DNA of 29,652 nt from a bacterium. Its GTDB lineage: Bacteria > Hydrothermota > Tepidihabitantia > Tepidihabitantales > Tepidihabitantaceae. Positions 9,388-17,805 of this stretch are shown here, one piece after another. Below the pieces are notes generated by a model, which was not told the origin of the DNA, made no database searches, and saw only the letters and a program-made list of their open reading frames with translations. Each line of letters begins with the position of its first letter. Within the stretch, counting starts at the first letter, position 1. The stretch covers positions 1 to 29,652 of the forward strand of contig JAWOHE010000063.1 of NCBI GenBank assembly GCA_046485285.1, given 5' to 3'. The position numbers were made by a program, and so were the translations under genes.

Positions 9388-9425
9388 CCGGGCGTGCTGC
9401 CCGGCCCGCGGCGTTCCCGAACGTT

Positions 9426-9884
9426 CTAGCTCGTCTCGAGCTGGGAGGTGCAGTTGGGACAGCGGCGGGCCTTGACCGGTATCTTCGTCAGGCAGAATGG
9501 GCAGTCCTTCTCGGTCGGCTCGGCGGACGGGGCCGGCTTCTCGCGCTTGAGCCGGTTGACCTGCTTGATGATGACGAAGATGACGAAGGCCAGAATCAGG
9601 AAGGAGATGACGCTGTTGACGAACAGGCCCCAGTTGAGCGTCACCGCGCCGGCGGCCTGGGCGTCGGCAAGCGTGGCGTAGGGAGCAGGTGTCTCCGCGC
9701 CCGGCTTGATGACGACGAAGAGGTTGTTGAAGTCGACCTTACCGAGCAGGAGGCCGATGGGCGGCATGATGATGTCCGACACCAGCGACCTGACGATGGC
9801 GCCGAACGCCGCACCGATAACGATGCCGACGGCCATGTCGATGACATTGCCGCGCATCACGAATTCCCTGAACTCCTTGAGCAT
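9426..9884 (-). CDS. mscL: Large-conductance mechanosensitive channel with C-terminal Cys4 tail
   Basis: [31 protein letters not shown]; tail CPFC..CPNC. Confidence 0.96.
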   Translation of the reverse strand: MLKEFREFVMRGNVIDMAVGIVIGAAFGAIVRSLVSDIIMPPIGLLLGKVDFNNLFVVIKPGAETPAPYATLADAQAAGAVTLNWGLFVNSVISFLILAFVIFVIIKQVNRLKREKPAPSAEPTEKDCPFCLTKIPVKARRCPNCTSQLETS

Positions 9885-9902
9885 GTCAGTTTCCTTTCCG
9901 GG

Positions 9903-10739
9903 CTATTCGGCCGCGGGCCAGGCGAGCGACAGCCCGAGCCCGACGGTCTCCTTGAGCCGGGGGGTCTCGTCGACCCGGTCGTCGAAGAGCAACTGGGCGA
10001 AGACCTTGCCCGATATGACCTTGTTGAAGCGGGCGGAGAGCTCGTGCTGCCAGTCGACGTGGGGCCAGGTGCCGAGCTCGGTCGCCGTGCCGAAGGCGAC
10101 GAGCGGCTTGTAGAGCGTCAGCTTCGTCGCGTAGCCGGCGTTGGGCAAGAAGACCCGCGTCCGGAACGCGGTTATCCAGGTCAGGCCGGCGTCGGAGACA
10201 GTGAGCGTGTCGGCCGCGTCAATCAGCTGGCGGGCGGCGGCGCCAAACTCGCTGGTCAGGGTCCGGGTCGAATCATCGAAGAACTTGCGGCCGACGCCGG
10301 CGGCCTCGAGGAACTGCGCCGGGTTGAGCCAGTAGGTCTTCGCCGGGTCGCGGTTGTCGAGGAACTGGCTGCGAAACTGGCCGAGGATGAGCGGGTCAAC
10401 CCAGAGCCCAAGCGTGAAGCGCAGGAGCTCGTCGAGGTTGACCTTGTCCTCGGACTTGCTGGCGGTCCAGGCAGTGCTGTCGCGGGTGAGTTGCTGACCG
10501 AAGGCGAGGTTGAGATCGTGTTCATGCCTGAGTACGGTCGTGAACTGGCGTTGGGCGCGGTGGCCCAGCGAAGCGGTGAGCGAGCCGGAGGTCTTTTCGT
10601 CACCCGCCCAGTTGGTCGAGTAGTAACCCTGGTTGAAAAGCAGTTCGAAACCGGCGTGCTGTTCCCAGCCGCCGGGCTCTGCGGCCGCGGCGACCGCGGT
10701 CAGCGCGGCGAACAGAGCGGCGAGCAGGCGTGTCGGCAT
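9903..10739 (-). CDS. Secreted, probable outer-membrane beta-barrel protein, DUF3078-like
   Basis: Signal peptide, AAGGAGG SD, FNQGYYSTNWAGDE and KSEDKV motifs, amphipathic C-terminal strand LGLGLSLAW. Confidence 0.7.
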   Translation of the reverse strand: MPTRLLAALFAALTAVAAAAEPGGWEQHAGFELLFNQGYYSTNWAGDEKTSGSLTASLGHRAQRQFTTVLRHEHDLNLAFGQQLTRDSTAWTASKSEDKVNLDELLRFTLGLWVDPLILGQFRSQFLDNRDPAKTYWLNPAQFLEAAGVGRKFFDDSTRTLTSEFGAAARQLIDAADTLTVSDAGLTWITAFRTRVFLPNAGYATKLTLYKPLVAFGTATELGTWPHVDWQHELSARFNKVISGKVFAQLLFDDRVDETPRLKETVGLGLSLAWPAAE

Positions 10740-10774
10740 CGTTACCTCCTTTCATGTGCGTCTGCCAGGGCACA

Positions 10775-10915
10775 TCACAGGCGGGGAGCGTGGTGCTCCC
10801 GCCCAAAGAAGACCGCAGCGCAGACGAGCCAGAACAGGCCCAGCAGCAGGAGCGCGACAAGTACCAGCGCCGCGATGCCCGCGAGATCGGAGATGTCCCG
10901 GTTCTGCCATCGCAT
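10775..10915 (-). CDS. Small single-TM hypothetical protein (46 aa; not in ORF track)
   Basis: MRWQNRDISDLAGIAALVLVALLLLGLFWLVCAAVFFGREHHAPRL, between the promoter and the DUF3078-like gene. Confidence 0.55.
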   Translation of the reverse strand: MRWQNRDISDLAGIAALVLVALLLLGLFWLVCAAVFFGREHHAPRL

Positions 10916-10928
10916 ACCCTACAGTATC

Positions 10929-10956
10929 AGCTTGCCGCCAAACAGTCCGGTGTCAA
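10929..10956 (-). promoter_or_regulatory. Promoter for small ORF / DUF3078-like / mscL
   Basis: TTGACA-N16-CAAGCT. Confidence 0.5.
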
Positions 10957-10963
10957 GCTACCC

Positions 10964-10991
10964 TTGCGCCCGGGGCCGTGCGCGCTACACT
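10964..10991 (+). promoter_or_regulatory. Promoter for the 11039 gene
   Basis: TTGCGC-N16-TACACT. Confidence 0.55.
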
Positions 10992-11038
10992 AGACGTGGC
11001 ATGGCGGACAACAGCGGGTCCGGCACGCGGAGGTGACC

Positions 11039-11890
11039 GTGAATGCAGATGTCGTCGAGAAGCTGGTTGCCTGGGTCTTCCCGATCATGTACGGCTGGTT
11101 CGCCGCCGGCATCGTCATCGCGCTGTTCTACCACCTGAGCCTGTACACCTTTGACGGCGAGTTCCGGCTCCGTCAGGAGCGCGCGCTCGACCTCGCGGCG
11201 AGCATCCTGCGCGGGCTGGTCTACCTCGTGGCCTGGCCGGCGATATTCTACTTCGACCGGACCGCGGCCGCGCGAATCCGGCTCTACCTGCGCTACCTCG
11301 ACCCGAAGAGCAGGTTGTCGGACCCGGACGTCGTGGACGCGCTCAAGGAGCGCGACTACCGGATCTGGGCGCGGACCTCGTTCCTCGCCCGGAGCGAGCT
11401 GGAGGACCGGCGGGCGCGGGAGCAGAAGACCCGCGAACAGCGCGAGCGACGGCTGGTGGTCCTGCACGAGGATAGCCCCCGGCTCGACCGGTCCTGGCTC
11501 TTGACCGGCATCGGGACGCACCACATGGCGGTCGAGGAGCTTGTCCGGCTCTACCCGGAACACCACCTGCCCGAGGAGATCGAGCAGGGTGTCAGGCGCG
11601 AGCTCCGGATCAGGTTCCGGCAGCGCTGCCCGCGCTGCCGGGAAGAGCTACACGCCGGCGAGGTGAAGATACCGGGCGCGGTGTACCTGCGGGTGACCTA
11701 GGCAGGGGGCCGGCGCACAATACTCGAAGGTTGGGCGATAGAGGGCAGTTACGTTCTCCGGTTTGAGCCCTGCCCGGCGTGCGGGTGCCAAGCTGAGCCG
11801 GTTGAGGGTGACCTCGCCGCCTGCGGCCGGACGCGCGAGGTCATCGCCGAGGCAAAGCTCGGCCGGGCCCTGCACTTGGACATTTCCTGA
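11039..11890 (+). pseudogene. Hypothetical membrane protein with split CxxC...CxxC motif, interrupted by in-frame TAG at 11699-11701
   Basis: GGAGG then GTG 11039; two hydrophobic segments; CPRC before the TAG; frame continues 62 codons containing CPAC to TGA 11888-11890, just before a hairpin. Confidence 0.6.
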
Positions 11891-11905
11891 CGCGGCCCAA
11901 GCCAA

Positions 11906-11929
11906 GGCAGGGGCGGGGACGCCCCTGCC
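11906..11929. terminator. GC-rich hairpin between convergent genes
   Basis: GGCAGGGGCG-GGGA-CGCCCCTGCC, perfect 10-bp stem; weak U-tail. Confidence 0.6.
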
Positions 11930-11953
11930 GGACAAGCCGGAGGAAGCCGGCGG

Positions 11954-12049
11954 CTAGCGCAGCTTCTTCTTGTGGCGCATCGTCTTGATGCGCTTCTTGT
12001 ACTTGTGACGCTTGATCTTGCGAAGCTTGCGCTTCCTACCACACGGCAT
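11954..12049 (-). CDS. Small basic protein, AURKAIP1/COX24-domain (bS22/mS38-like ribosomal protein); 31 aa, not in ORF track
   Basis: MPCGRKRKLRKIKRHKYKKRIKTMRHKKKLR with GGGAGG SD; matches the MPxGxKRKxxKxxxHKxKKR..RHKKK family pattern. Confidence 0.85.
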   Translation of the reverse strand: MPCGRKRKLRKIKRHKYKKRIKTMRHKKKLR

Positions 12050-12052
12050 TGA

Positions 12053-12349
12053 CTAGAGTCCTCCCTTCATGAGGCTGGACTTGAGCAGGCGCGACGCCTT
12101 GAATACCGGGACCCGCCGAGGCGGGATGTTGACCGGCTCCTTGGTCTTGGGATTGCGTGCGACCTTGGGTTTTCGGAGCTTCGTGCTCAGCACGCCGAAG
12201 CCCCGGATTTCGATACGGTTACCGTCTCTGAGGGTCGTGCAGATTTCGTCGACCATCATCTGGACGATACGAGCTACATCCCGTTTGGTGATGTTCGGCT
12301 GAACCTGCGCGGTGATCTTCTCAACGAGGTCGGCCTTAGTTACTGTCAT
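12053..12349 (-). CDS. HU/IHF-family DNA-binding protein
   Basis: TKADLVE..RIEIRGFG..ARNPKTKEPVNIP.RRVPVFKAS; AGGAGG SD. Confidence 0.95.
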   Translation of the reverse strand: MTVTKADLVEKITAQVQPNITKRDVARIVQMMVDEICTTLRDGNRIEIRGFGVLSTKLRKPKVARNPKTKEPVNIPPRRVPVFKASRLLKSSLMKGGL

Positions 12350-12358
12350 CAGCCCCTC

Positions 12359-12577
12359 CTAACCACAAGTGCTGCAGTTGTGCGTGTTGCAACTGGCGCA
12401 TTTGCTGGAACTTGTGACCCTTTTCTCAGCACCCGCGACGCCGAAGACCGAGAACAGCACTTCCAGCTTGCCGCTTCCGCAGTCCGGGCAGCGCTGGCGG
12501 GCTTCGTCGCGCCGACTCAGGACCAGCGTCTCGAAGACCCGACTGCAACTGCGGCAGCGTAGTTCGCGGATAGGCAT
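12359..12577 (-). CDS. FmdB-family zinc-ribbon protein
   Basis: MPIRELRCRSC..FE..CPDCGS..S.F plus C-terminal CASC..CSTC. Confidence 0.88.
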   Translation of the reverse strand: MPIRELRCRSCSRVFETLVLSRRDEARQRCPDCGSGKLEVLFSVFGVAGAEKRVTSSSKCASCNTHNCSTCG

Positions 12578-12582
12578 AAGGC

Positions 12583-12610
12583 ATTATAGTTAGGGCACTT
12601 CTGATGTCAA
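12583..12610 (-). promoter_or_regulatory. Consensus sigma70 promoter for FmdB-HU-bS22, likely leaderless
   Basis: TTGACA-N16-TATAAT, then 5 nt to ATG 12577. Confidence 0.85.
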
Positions 12611-12619
12611 GCAGGAGTC

Positions 12620-13861
12620 TCACTCGTGCCGGAGCGCCTCGATCGGGTTGAGGCGCGCGGCGCGAGAGGCCGGGTAGATGCCGAAGAACACGCCGACCCC
12701 GGCCGAAAATCCGAAACCGAGCATGATCACCCAGAGCGGTGCGGCAGCCTTGATGTGGACGGCGAGCTCGGCGACCTTGGCGATGCCGACCCCGAGGACG
12801 ATGCCGATGATGCCGCCGATGGCCGCGAGCAGCACCGACTCGAGCAGGAACTGCCAGAGTATGTCGCCATTGGTTGCGCCGATGGCCTTGCGCAGGCCAA
12901 TCTCGCGGGTGCGCTCGGCGACCGCGACGAGCATGATGTTCATTATCCCGATGCCGCCGACGAGCAGGGAGATGCCGGCGACCGCGATCATCACGATTAT
13001 TGCGACGCGAGTGACGTTGCGGTAGATGTCGCGCAGGGTGTCCTGGGTGTTGAGTCCGAAGTCGTCGGGCTGGTCGAAGCCGAGGCCGTGTCGCCGGCGC
13101 ATCAGCTCCCGGATCTCGTCCACCGCGCGCTCGACCGCGATACCCGGCCCAGGCATCACCTGGATGGCGAGTCCGCTCCAGAGCCGGGCCTGCCGGTCGC
13201 GGGGCAGGGGGAAGTACTTGTCGAAGGTCGCGAGCGGGATGAGGATGTTGTTGTCCTGGCTCTGGCCCATGAAGCTGCCCTTGCGCTCGAGGACGCCGAC
13301 GACAGTGAAGCGTCGGCCCTCGATGTCGATGCGCCGGCCGACCGGGTCGTCGGTCGGGAAGAGGTCATCGGCGACCTGGCCGCCGATGAGACAGACCGGG
13401 CGCTTGCGCAGGCTGTCATCGGAGTTGATGAACCGCCCGACCTCGACCTTCATGTTGGCGGTTGCTGCAATTCCGGGTGTCGAGCCGGCAAGCCCGACGT
13501 TGGTCGCCTTGTTGCCGCGCCAGGCGATGCGGCCGACCGAACGCGAGCGCTGGGGCGCGACCCGGTCGACGCTGCGGAGCCGGGCGACCGCTGCGGCGTC
13601 ATCAATGGTCAGGTCGGGGCGGCGGTTGACCTCGTCAAAGTCGACCTGTCCCATTCCCCAGCTGAACTTCTGGATGAAGATCGTGTTCGAGCCGAGGGAG
13701 GATATCTGACGCTCGACTTCGTAGTTCATGCCCTGAATGAGCGCAATGATCGCGATGACGGTCATCACGCCGATGATGATGCCGAGCGCCGTCAGGAACG
13801 AGCGCATCCTGTGGGTGCGGAAGGTGGCGAGCGAGAGGCGAAGGAGTTCCCAGAGCGCCAT
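12620..13861 (-). CDS. MacB/FtsX-like ABC transporter permease
   Basis: RSFLTALGIIIGV, VGGIGIMNIMLVAVAERTREIGLRKAIGA, YPASRAARLNPIEALRHE. Confidence 0.95.
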   Translation of the reverse strand: MALWELLRLSLATFRTHRMRSFLTALGIIIGVMTVIAIIALIQGMNYEVERQISSLGSNTIFIQKFSWGMGQVDFDEVNRRPDLTIDDAAAVARLRSVDRVAPQRSRSVGRIAWRGNKATNVGLAGSTPGIAATANMKVEVGRFINSDDSLRKRPVCLIGGQVADDLFPTDDPVGRRIDIEGRRFTVVGVLERKGSFMGQSQDNNILIPLATFDKYFPLPRDRQARLWSGLAIQVMPGPGIAVERAVDEIRELMRRRHGLGFDQPDDFGLNTQDTLRDIYRNVTRVAIIVMIAVAGISLLVGGIGIMNIMLVAVAERTREIGLRKAIGATNGDILWQFLLESVLLAAIGGIIGIVLGVGIAKVAELAVHIKAAAPLWVIMLGFGFSAGVGVFFGIYPASRAARLNPIEALRHE

Positions 13862-13864
13862 CGG

Positions 13865-14560
<696 letters not shown>

Positions 14561-15718
14561 CTAACTCCCGCCGTCGGCCTGCACGCGGACGCGCACGCGC
14601 GCCCCGGGCTTGTCGGCCTCGCCGGCCGAAGTCTTCTCCGGTCGGACCCTGCTGCCCTCGCGCAACTTCGAGAGGACCTTGTACGGCCCGGTGATAACCG
14701 AGTCGCCGGCGATGAGACCCTCGGTTACCTGGACCTCCGTGTCGCTCGACCTGCCGGTGCGGACGGGCTTGAGCGCGGCCTTGCCGCCCGCGATGACGAA
14801 TACGGTCTCACGTTCCTCACCCTCTACTTCGCGCCGGCCGACCGCCTGAACCGGCACGACCAGCACGCTGTCGAGTTCGGCGGTGACGATCTCGGCGCCG
14901 ACGCTCATCCCCGGGCGCAGGGCCGGCGCGGTGCTATCGAGAGTTACTTCGACCTCGAAGTCGGTACCCTCAGTGCCGGTCAGGCTGACGGCCTGGGCCG
15001 GCATGTAGCCGATACGGGTGACCCGGCCGCGGAAGGCAGTATCGGGGAGGGCGTCGACCTCGACGTCAGACGGTTGACCGACCTCGAGCGTGACGACGTC
15101 GGTCTCGTCGACGTTGACGAGCGCCTGCATCCGGGCCATGTCGGCGAGAACCATCACGACCGTGCCGATGTTGTTCATTGTCCCGATCATCACCGTCTCG
15201 CCCTCCCGGACGTTGACGCGGGCGACGGTGCCGTCAATCGGCGCGCGAACCGTGGTCTTGTCGTGCTGGTCGCGGGCCTGCTGGTATTGCGCTTCGGCCA
15301 TCTCGAAGGCGGCCCGAGAAGACTCGTACTGCTCGGCGGAGACAAGCGAGCGGGCGTGGAGGCTTTCGACCCGGGCGTGGCTGAGGCCGGCCTGGGTGAA
15401 GCGGGCCCGGGCCTGGGCCAGCGCGGCCTCATACTGGCCGCGGTCGAGTTGGAGCAGAAGCTGCCCCCGGCCCACCCGGTCGCCCTCGGCGACGGGCAGC
15501 CGCTCGATGACACCCATTACCTGCGTCTGGATGTTGACCTGGTTCTGGGCACGGAGCTCGCCGGTGGCGGTGACCACCGAGCGGATGGTCCCGATCCGGG
15601 CCGGCTCGACCTGAACCGCGGTGCCGGACTCCGGCCGGCGCAGGTTGGCGGCGACGATTGCGCCGAGCACGATCGCGGCACCTGCGACGATCAACAGGGT
15701 GCGCGTGCGCCGTTTCAT
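14561..15718 (-). CDS. Efflux periplasmic adaptor (MacA/HlyD family)
   Basis: N-terminal TM, lipoyl halves (VAEGDRVGRGQLL; RAPIDGTV..VNVREGE), VDETDV, LRPGMSV; start ATG 15718. Confidence 0.93.
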   Translation of the reverse strand: MKRRTRTLLIVAGAAIVLGAIVAANLRRPESGTAVQVEPARIGTIRSVVTATGELRAQNQVNIQTQVMGVIERLPVAEGDRVGRGQLLLQLDRGQYEAALAQARARFTQAGLSHARVESLHARSLVSAEQYESSRAAFEMAEAQYQQARDQHDKTTVRAPIDGTVARVNVREGETVMIGTMNNIGTVVMVLADMARMQALVNVDETDVVTLEVGQPSDVEVDALPDTAFRGRVTRIGYMPAQAVSLTGTEGTDFEVEVTLDSTAPALRPGMSVGAEIVTAELDSVLVVPVQAVGRREVEGEERETVFVIAGGKAALKPVRTGRSSDTEVQVTEGLIAGDSVITGPYKVLSKLREGSRVRPEKTSAGEADKPGARVRVRVQADGGS

Positions 15719-15813
15719 CAGGAGATACTCCACCGGGTCGGAGGGTCCGGATCCCGAGGCCCCGGGATCACGAGACCCTCGATTCCCTTGCGTTGTCGCT
15801 TATCTTCGTTCAT
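15718..15813 (-). CDS. Putative 31-aa bridging ORF between tolC-like and adaptor genes
   Basis: GGAG then ATG 15813 inside the TolC 3' end; TGA overlaps the adaptor ATG (TGATG). Confidence 0.35.
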   Translation of the reverse strand: MNEDKRQRKGIEGLVIPGPRDPDPPTRWSIS

Positions 15814-17101
15814 CGACGTCTTCTCCCGTGCCCGGCGCGTCAGTGACGCCAAGCAGGTAGTTGATGCGGGCAGCTTGGATGTAGGTGTCGCAGAGCGAGC
15901 CGGTCAGGGTAGCCCGGGCGCGGGCGAGGTCGGCCTCGACGCCGAAAAAGTCGGCGAGAGTGATGCTCCCGAGCCGGCGCTGCTCGCGCGCGAGTTCGTG
16001 GAGCCGCTGGCTGAGCTCGAGGCTGCGGCCGGCGAGTTGCCAGGTTTCGATGGCCTCCTCGTAGCCGAGCAGGGCGGCGGTGGCGGACGAGTTGAGCTGA
16101 AGCTCTGCGGCGCGGGCCGCGGCGCGGGCGCGGCGGGACTCGTTGCCGGCGTCGGCGATGCCGAGGATCCACGTTTTGAAGTCGAGCAGGGGAAACGTGG
16201 CGCGGATGCCCCAGGTCCTGACGTCACGGTCGGTCCATCCGCCGATGCCACGGGGCAGGGCCGAGTCGGCCCAGCTCGAGGTCCAGTAGGCGGAGACCCC
16301 GGGCAGGGCCCGGCCCCAGGCCGCGAGGCAACCGATGTCCGCTGCGGAGCGGGCGCGGCGGGCAATCTCGAGGCCGGGGTTCGAGCGTTGGATCGCTGCG
16401 TGGAGCTCCGCAAACGGGGGCGGGGCGTCGGCCGGACCGGGCAGGGATTCCACCGGTCGGACGAAGACGTCGCGCTCAAGCCCGACGGTGGCAGCAAACG
16501 TGGCCCGGGCGACCGCGACCGCCTTGTCGGCCTGAAGCAGCTCGATGTCAGCCTGGGACTTGAACACCGACGAGCGCAGGACGTCGATCTCCGAGGCTGA
16601 GCCGAGGTGCCGCATCTCCTCGGCGATGCGGAGGTTCTCCTCGGCCCGGGCGAGCGCGGCCGCGGACGCCTCGCGCAGGAGGCCGGAGCGCAACAGCCCG
16701 AGGTAGTCAGCGGTGACGTCGTAGAGCAGGCGGGCCTCACGGTCGCGGGCGTCGGCCCGTTGCGACCCGGCACCGGCTACCGCGGCGGCCAGCCCGGTGA
16801 AGGCCGACGGGTCAAAGACGACCTGGCTCAGGCCGAGTGACCCGCTCCACTCCCAGCCAGTCAGGCGCAGAGATTCGGGTATCGACGCGCCGAGGTCTTC
16901 CCGGCCATAGCCGAGCGTTGCCGCTACCGACGGGATCAGACCGGCGATACCGCGGGCGAGGGTGATGCCGCCCTGGGCTCGAGCGGCATCGGCCTGGACC
17001 AGGTCCGGGCTGTGGCGGCGGGCAAGCGCGAATGCGTCGGCAAGTGTCAGCTTGAGCGTGTCGGGCGCGGCGACGGTCAGTGCCAGCAGCAGCGCGAGCA
17101 C
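15800..17101 (-). CDS. TolC-family outer membrane efflux protein
   Basis: Signal peptide, LTLADAFALARRHSPDL, two helical repeats ending in GSASEIDVL and GSITLADF; operon context. Confidence 0.88.
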   Translation of the reverse strand: MLALLLALTVAAPDTLKLTLADAFALARRHSPDLVQADAARAQGGITLARGIAGLIPSVAATLGYGREDLGASIPESLRLTGWEWSGSLGLSQVVFDPSAFTGLAAAVAGAGSQRADARDREARLLYDVTADYLGLLRSGLLREASAAALARAEENLRIAEEMRHLGSASEIDVLRSSVFKSQADIELLQADKAVAVARATFAATVGLERDVFVRPVESLPGPADAPPPFAELHAAIQRSNPGLEIARRARSAADIGCLAAWGRALPGVSAYWTSSWADSALPRGIGGWTDRDVRTWGIRATFPLLDFKTWILGIADAGNESRRARAAARAAELQLNSSATAALLGYEEAIETWQLAGRSLELSQRLHELAREQRRLGSITLADFFGVEADLARARATLTGSLCDTYIQAARINYLLGVTDAPGTGEDVDERR

Positions 17102-17102
17102 G

Positions 17103-17780
17103 TCAGCCCCGGGTGAACCCGGCGAGCAGGGCGAAGACCAGTGTCAGGACAAGCCAGAGCGAGCCGACCAGCCAGTAGCTCTTCGAGCCCCGCACGTCGA
17201 AGACGATCTTGAGCCCGAGGCCGGTGAGCACGAGTCCCCAGAACACGAACGGGTCCACCCGGCTCAGGACGACCTGGAGGAATCCCCTGCCACCGGTCGG
17301 GACCGCAGCGAGCAGGCTGGTCGTTGCCTCGGCCGAGCGGCGGAGGATGATGAGCAGGATGCGGAGCAGCGCGGCGGGAATGGCAACGAGCCCGGCGTGG
17401 GCGGTGACCGCCAGCACCCGGACGTAGCCGCCGGGCACGCCGAGCAGGGGCAGGCTCAGGTTGTAGATGAGGGCCAGGAAGAAGAATGCGACGAGCTGGG
17501 TGACGAGCGCGCCGGCGAGGGGCACTCCGAAGCGCATCAGCGGGTTGCCGGTGAATGCTTCCATCCGTTCGAGCGCCTGTTCGATGTCCGCCTCGGACAT
17601 CCCCCGCTGTTGCAGCTGCTCGGTGGTGACGTCGCGCTGGGCGGACCAGTCAACGTAATTCAGCGATACCGCGGTGGCGGCGAGGTTGGCGGCGGCTGCG
17701 AGGGCGAGCGGGAGCAGCCAGACCGGTTTCTCGCGCAGGCGGCTGAACAGCCTTCCGGGCGAACTGAAGACCTCATGCAC
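17103..17780 (-). CDS. Yip1-domain membrane protein (YknW-like)
   Basis: VFSSPGRLFSRLREKP.W, multiple TM segments, DPFVFWGL; start placed at GTG 17780. Confidence 0.8.
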   Translation of the reverse strand: MHEVFSSPGRLFSRLREKPVWLLPLALAAAANLAATAVSLNYVDWSAQRDVTTEQLQQRGMSEADIEQALERMEAFTGNPLMRFGVPLAGALVTQLVAFFFLALIYNLSLPLLGVPGGYVRVLAVTAHAGLVAIPAALLRILLIILRRSAEATTSLLAAVPTGGRGFLQVVLSRVDPFVFWGLVLTGLGLKIVFDVRGSKSYWLVGSLWLVLTLVFALLAGFTRG

Positions 17781-17805
17781 GGCTACCCCTTTTTCCCGGT
17801 GCGAG

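Noticed and set aside
11699-11701. Genome-wide TAG recoding or pyrrolysine
   Set aside because: TAG ends alaS, der, ftcD, mscL, HU, pdaD and others at expected C-termini; no pyl genes or suppressor tRNA in the window
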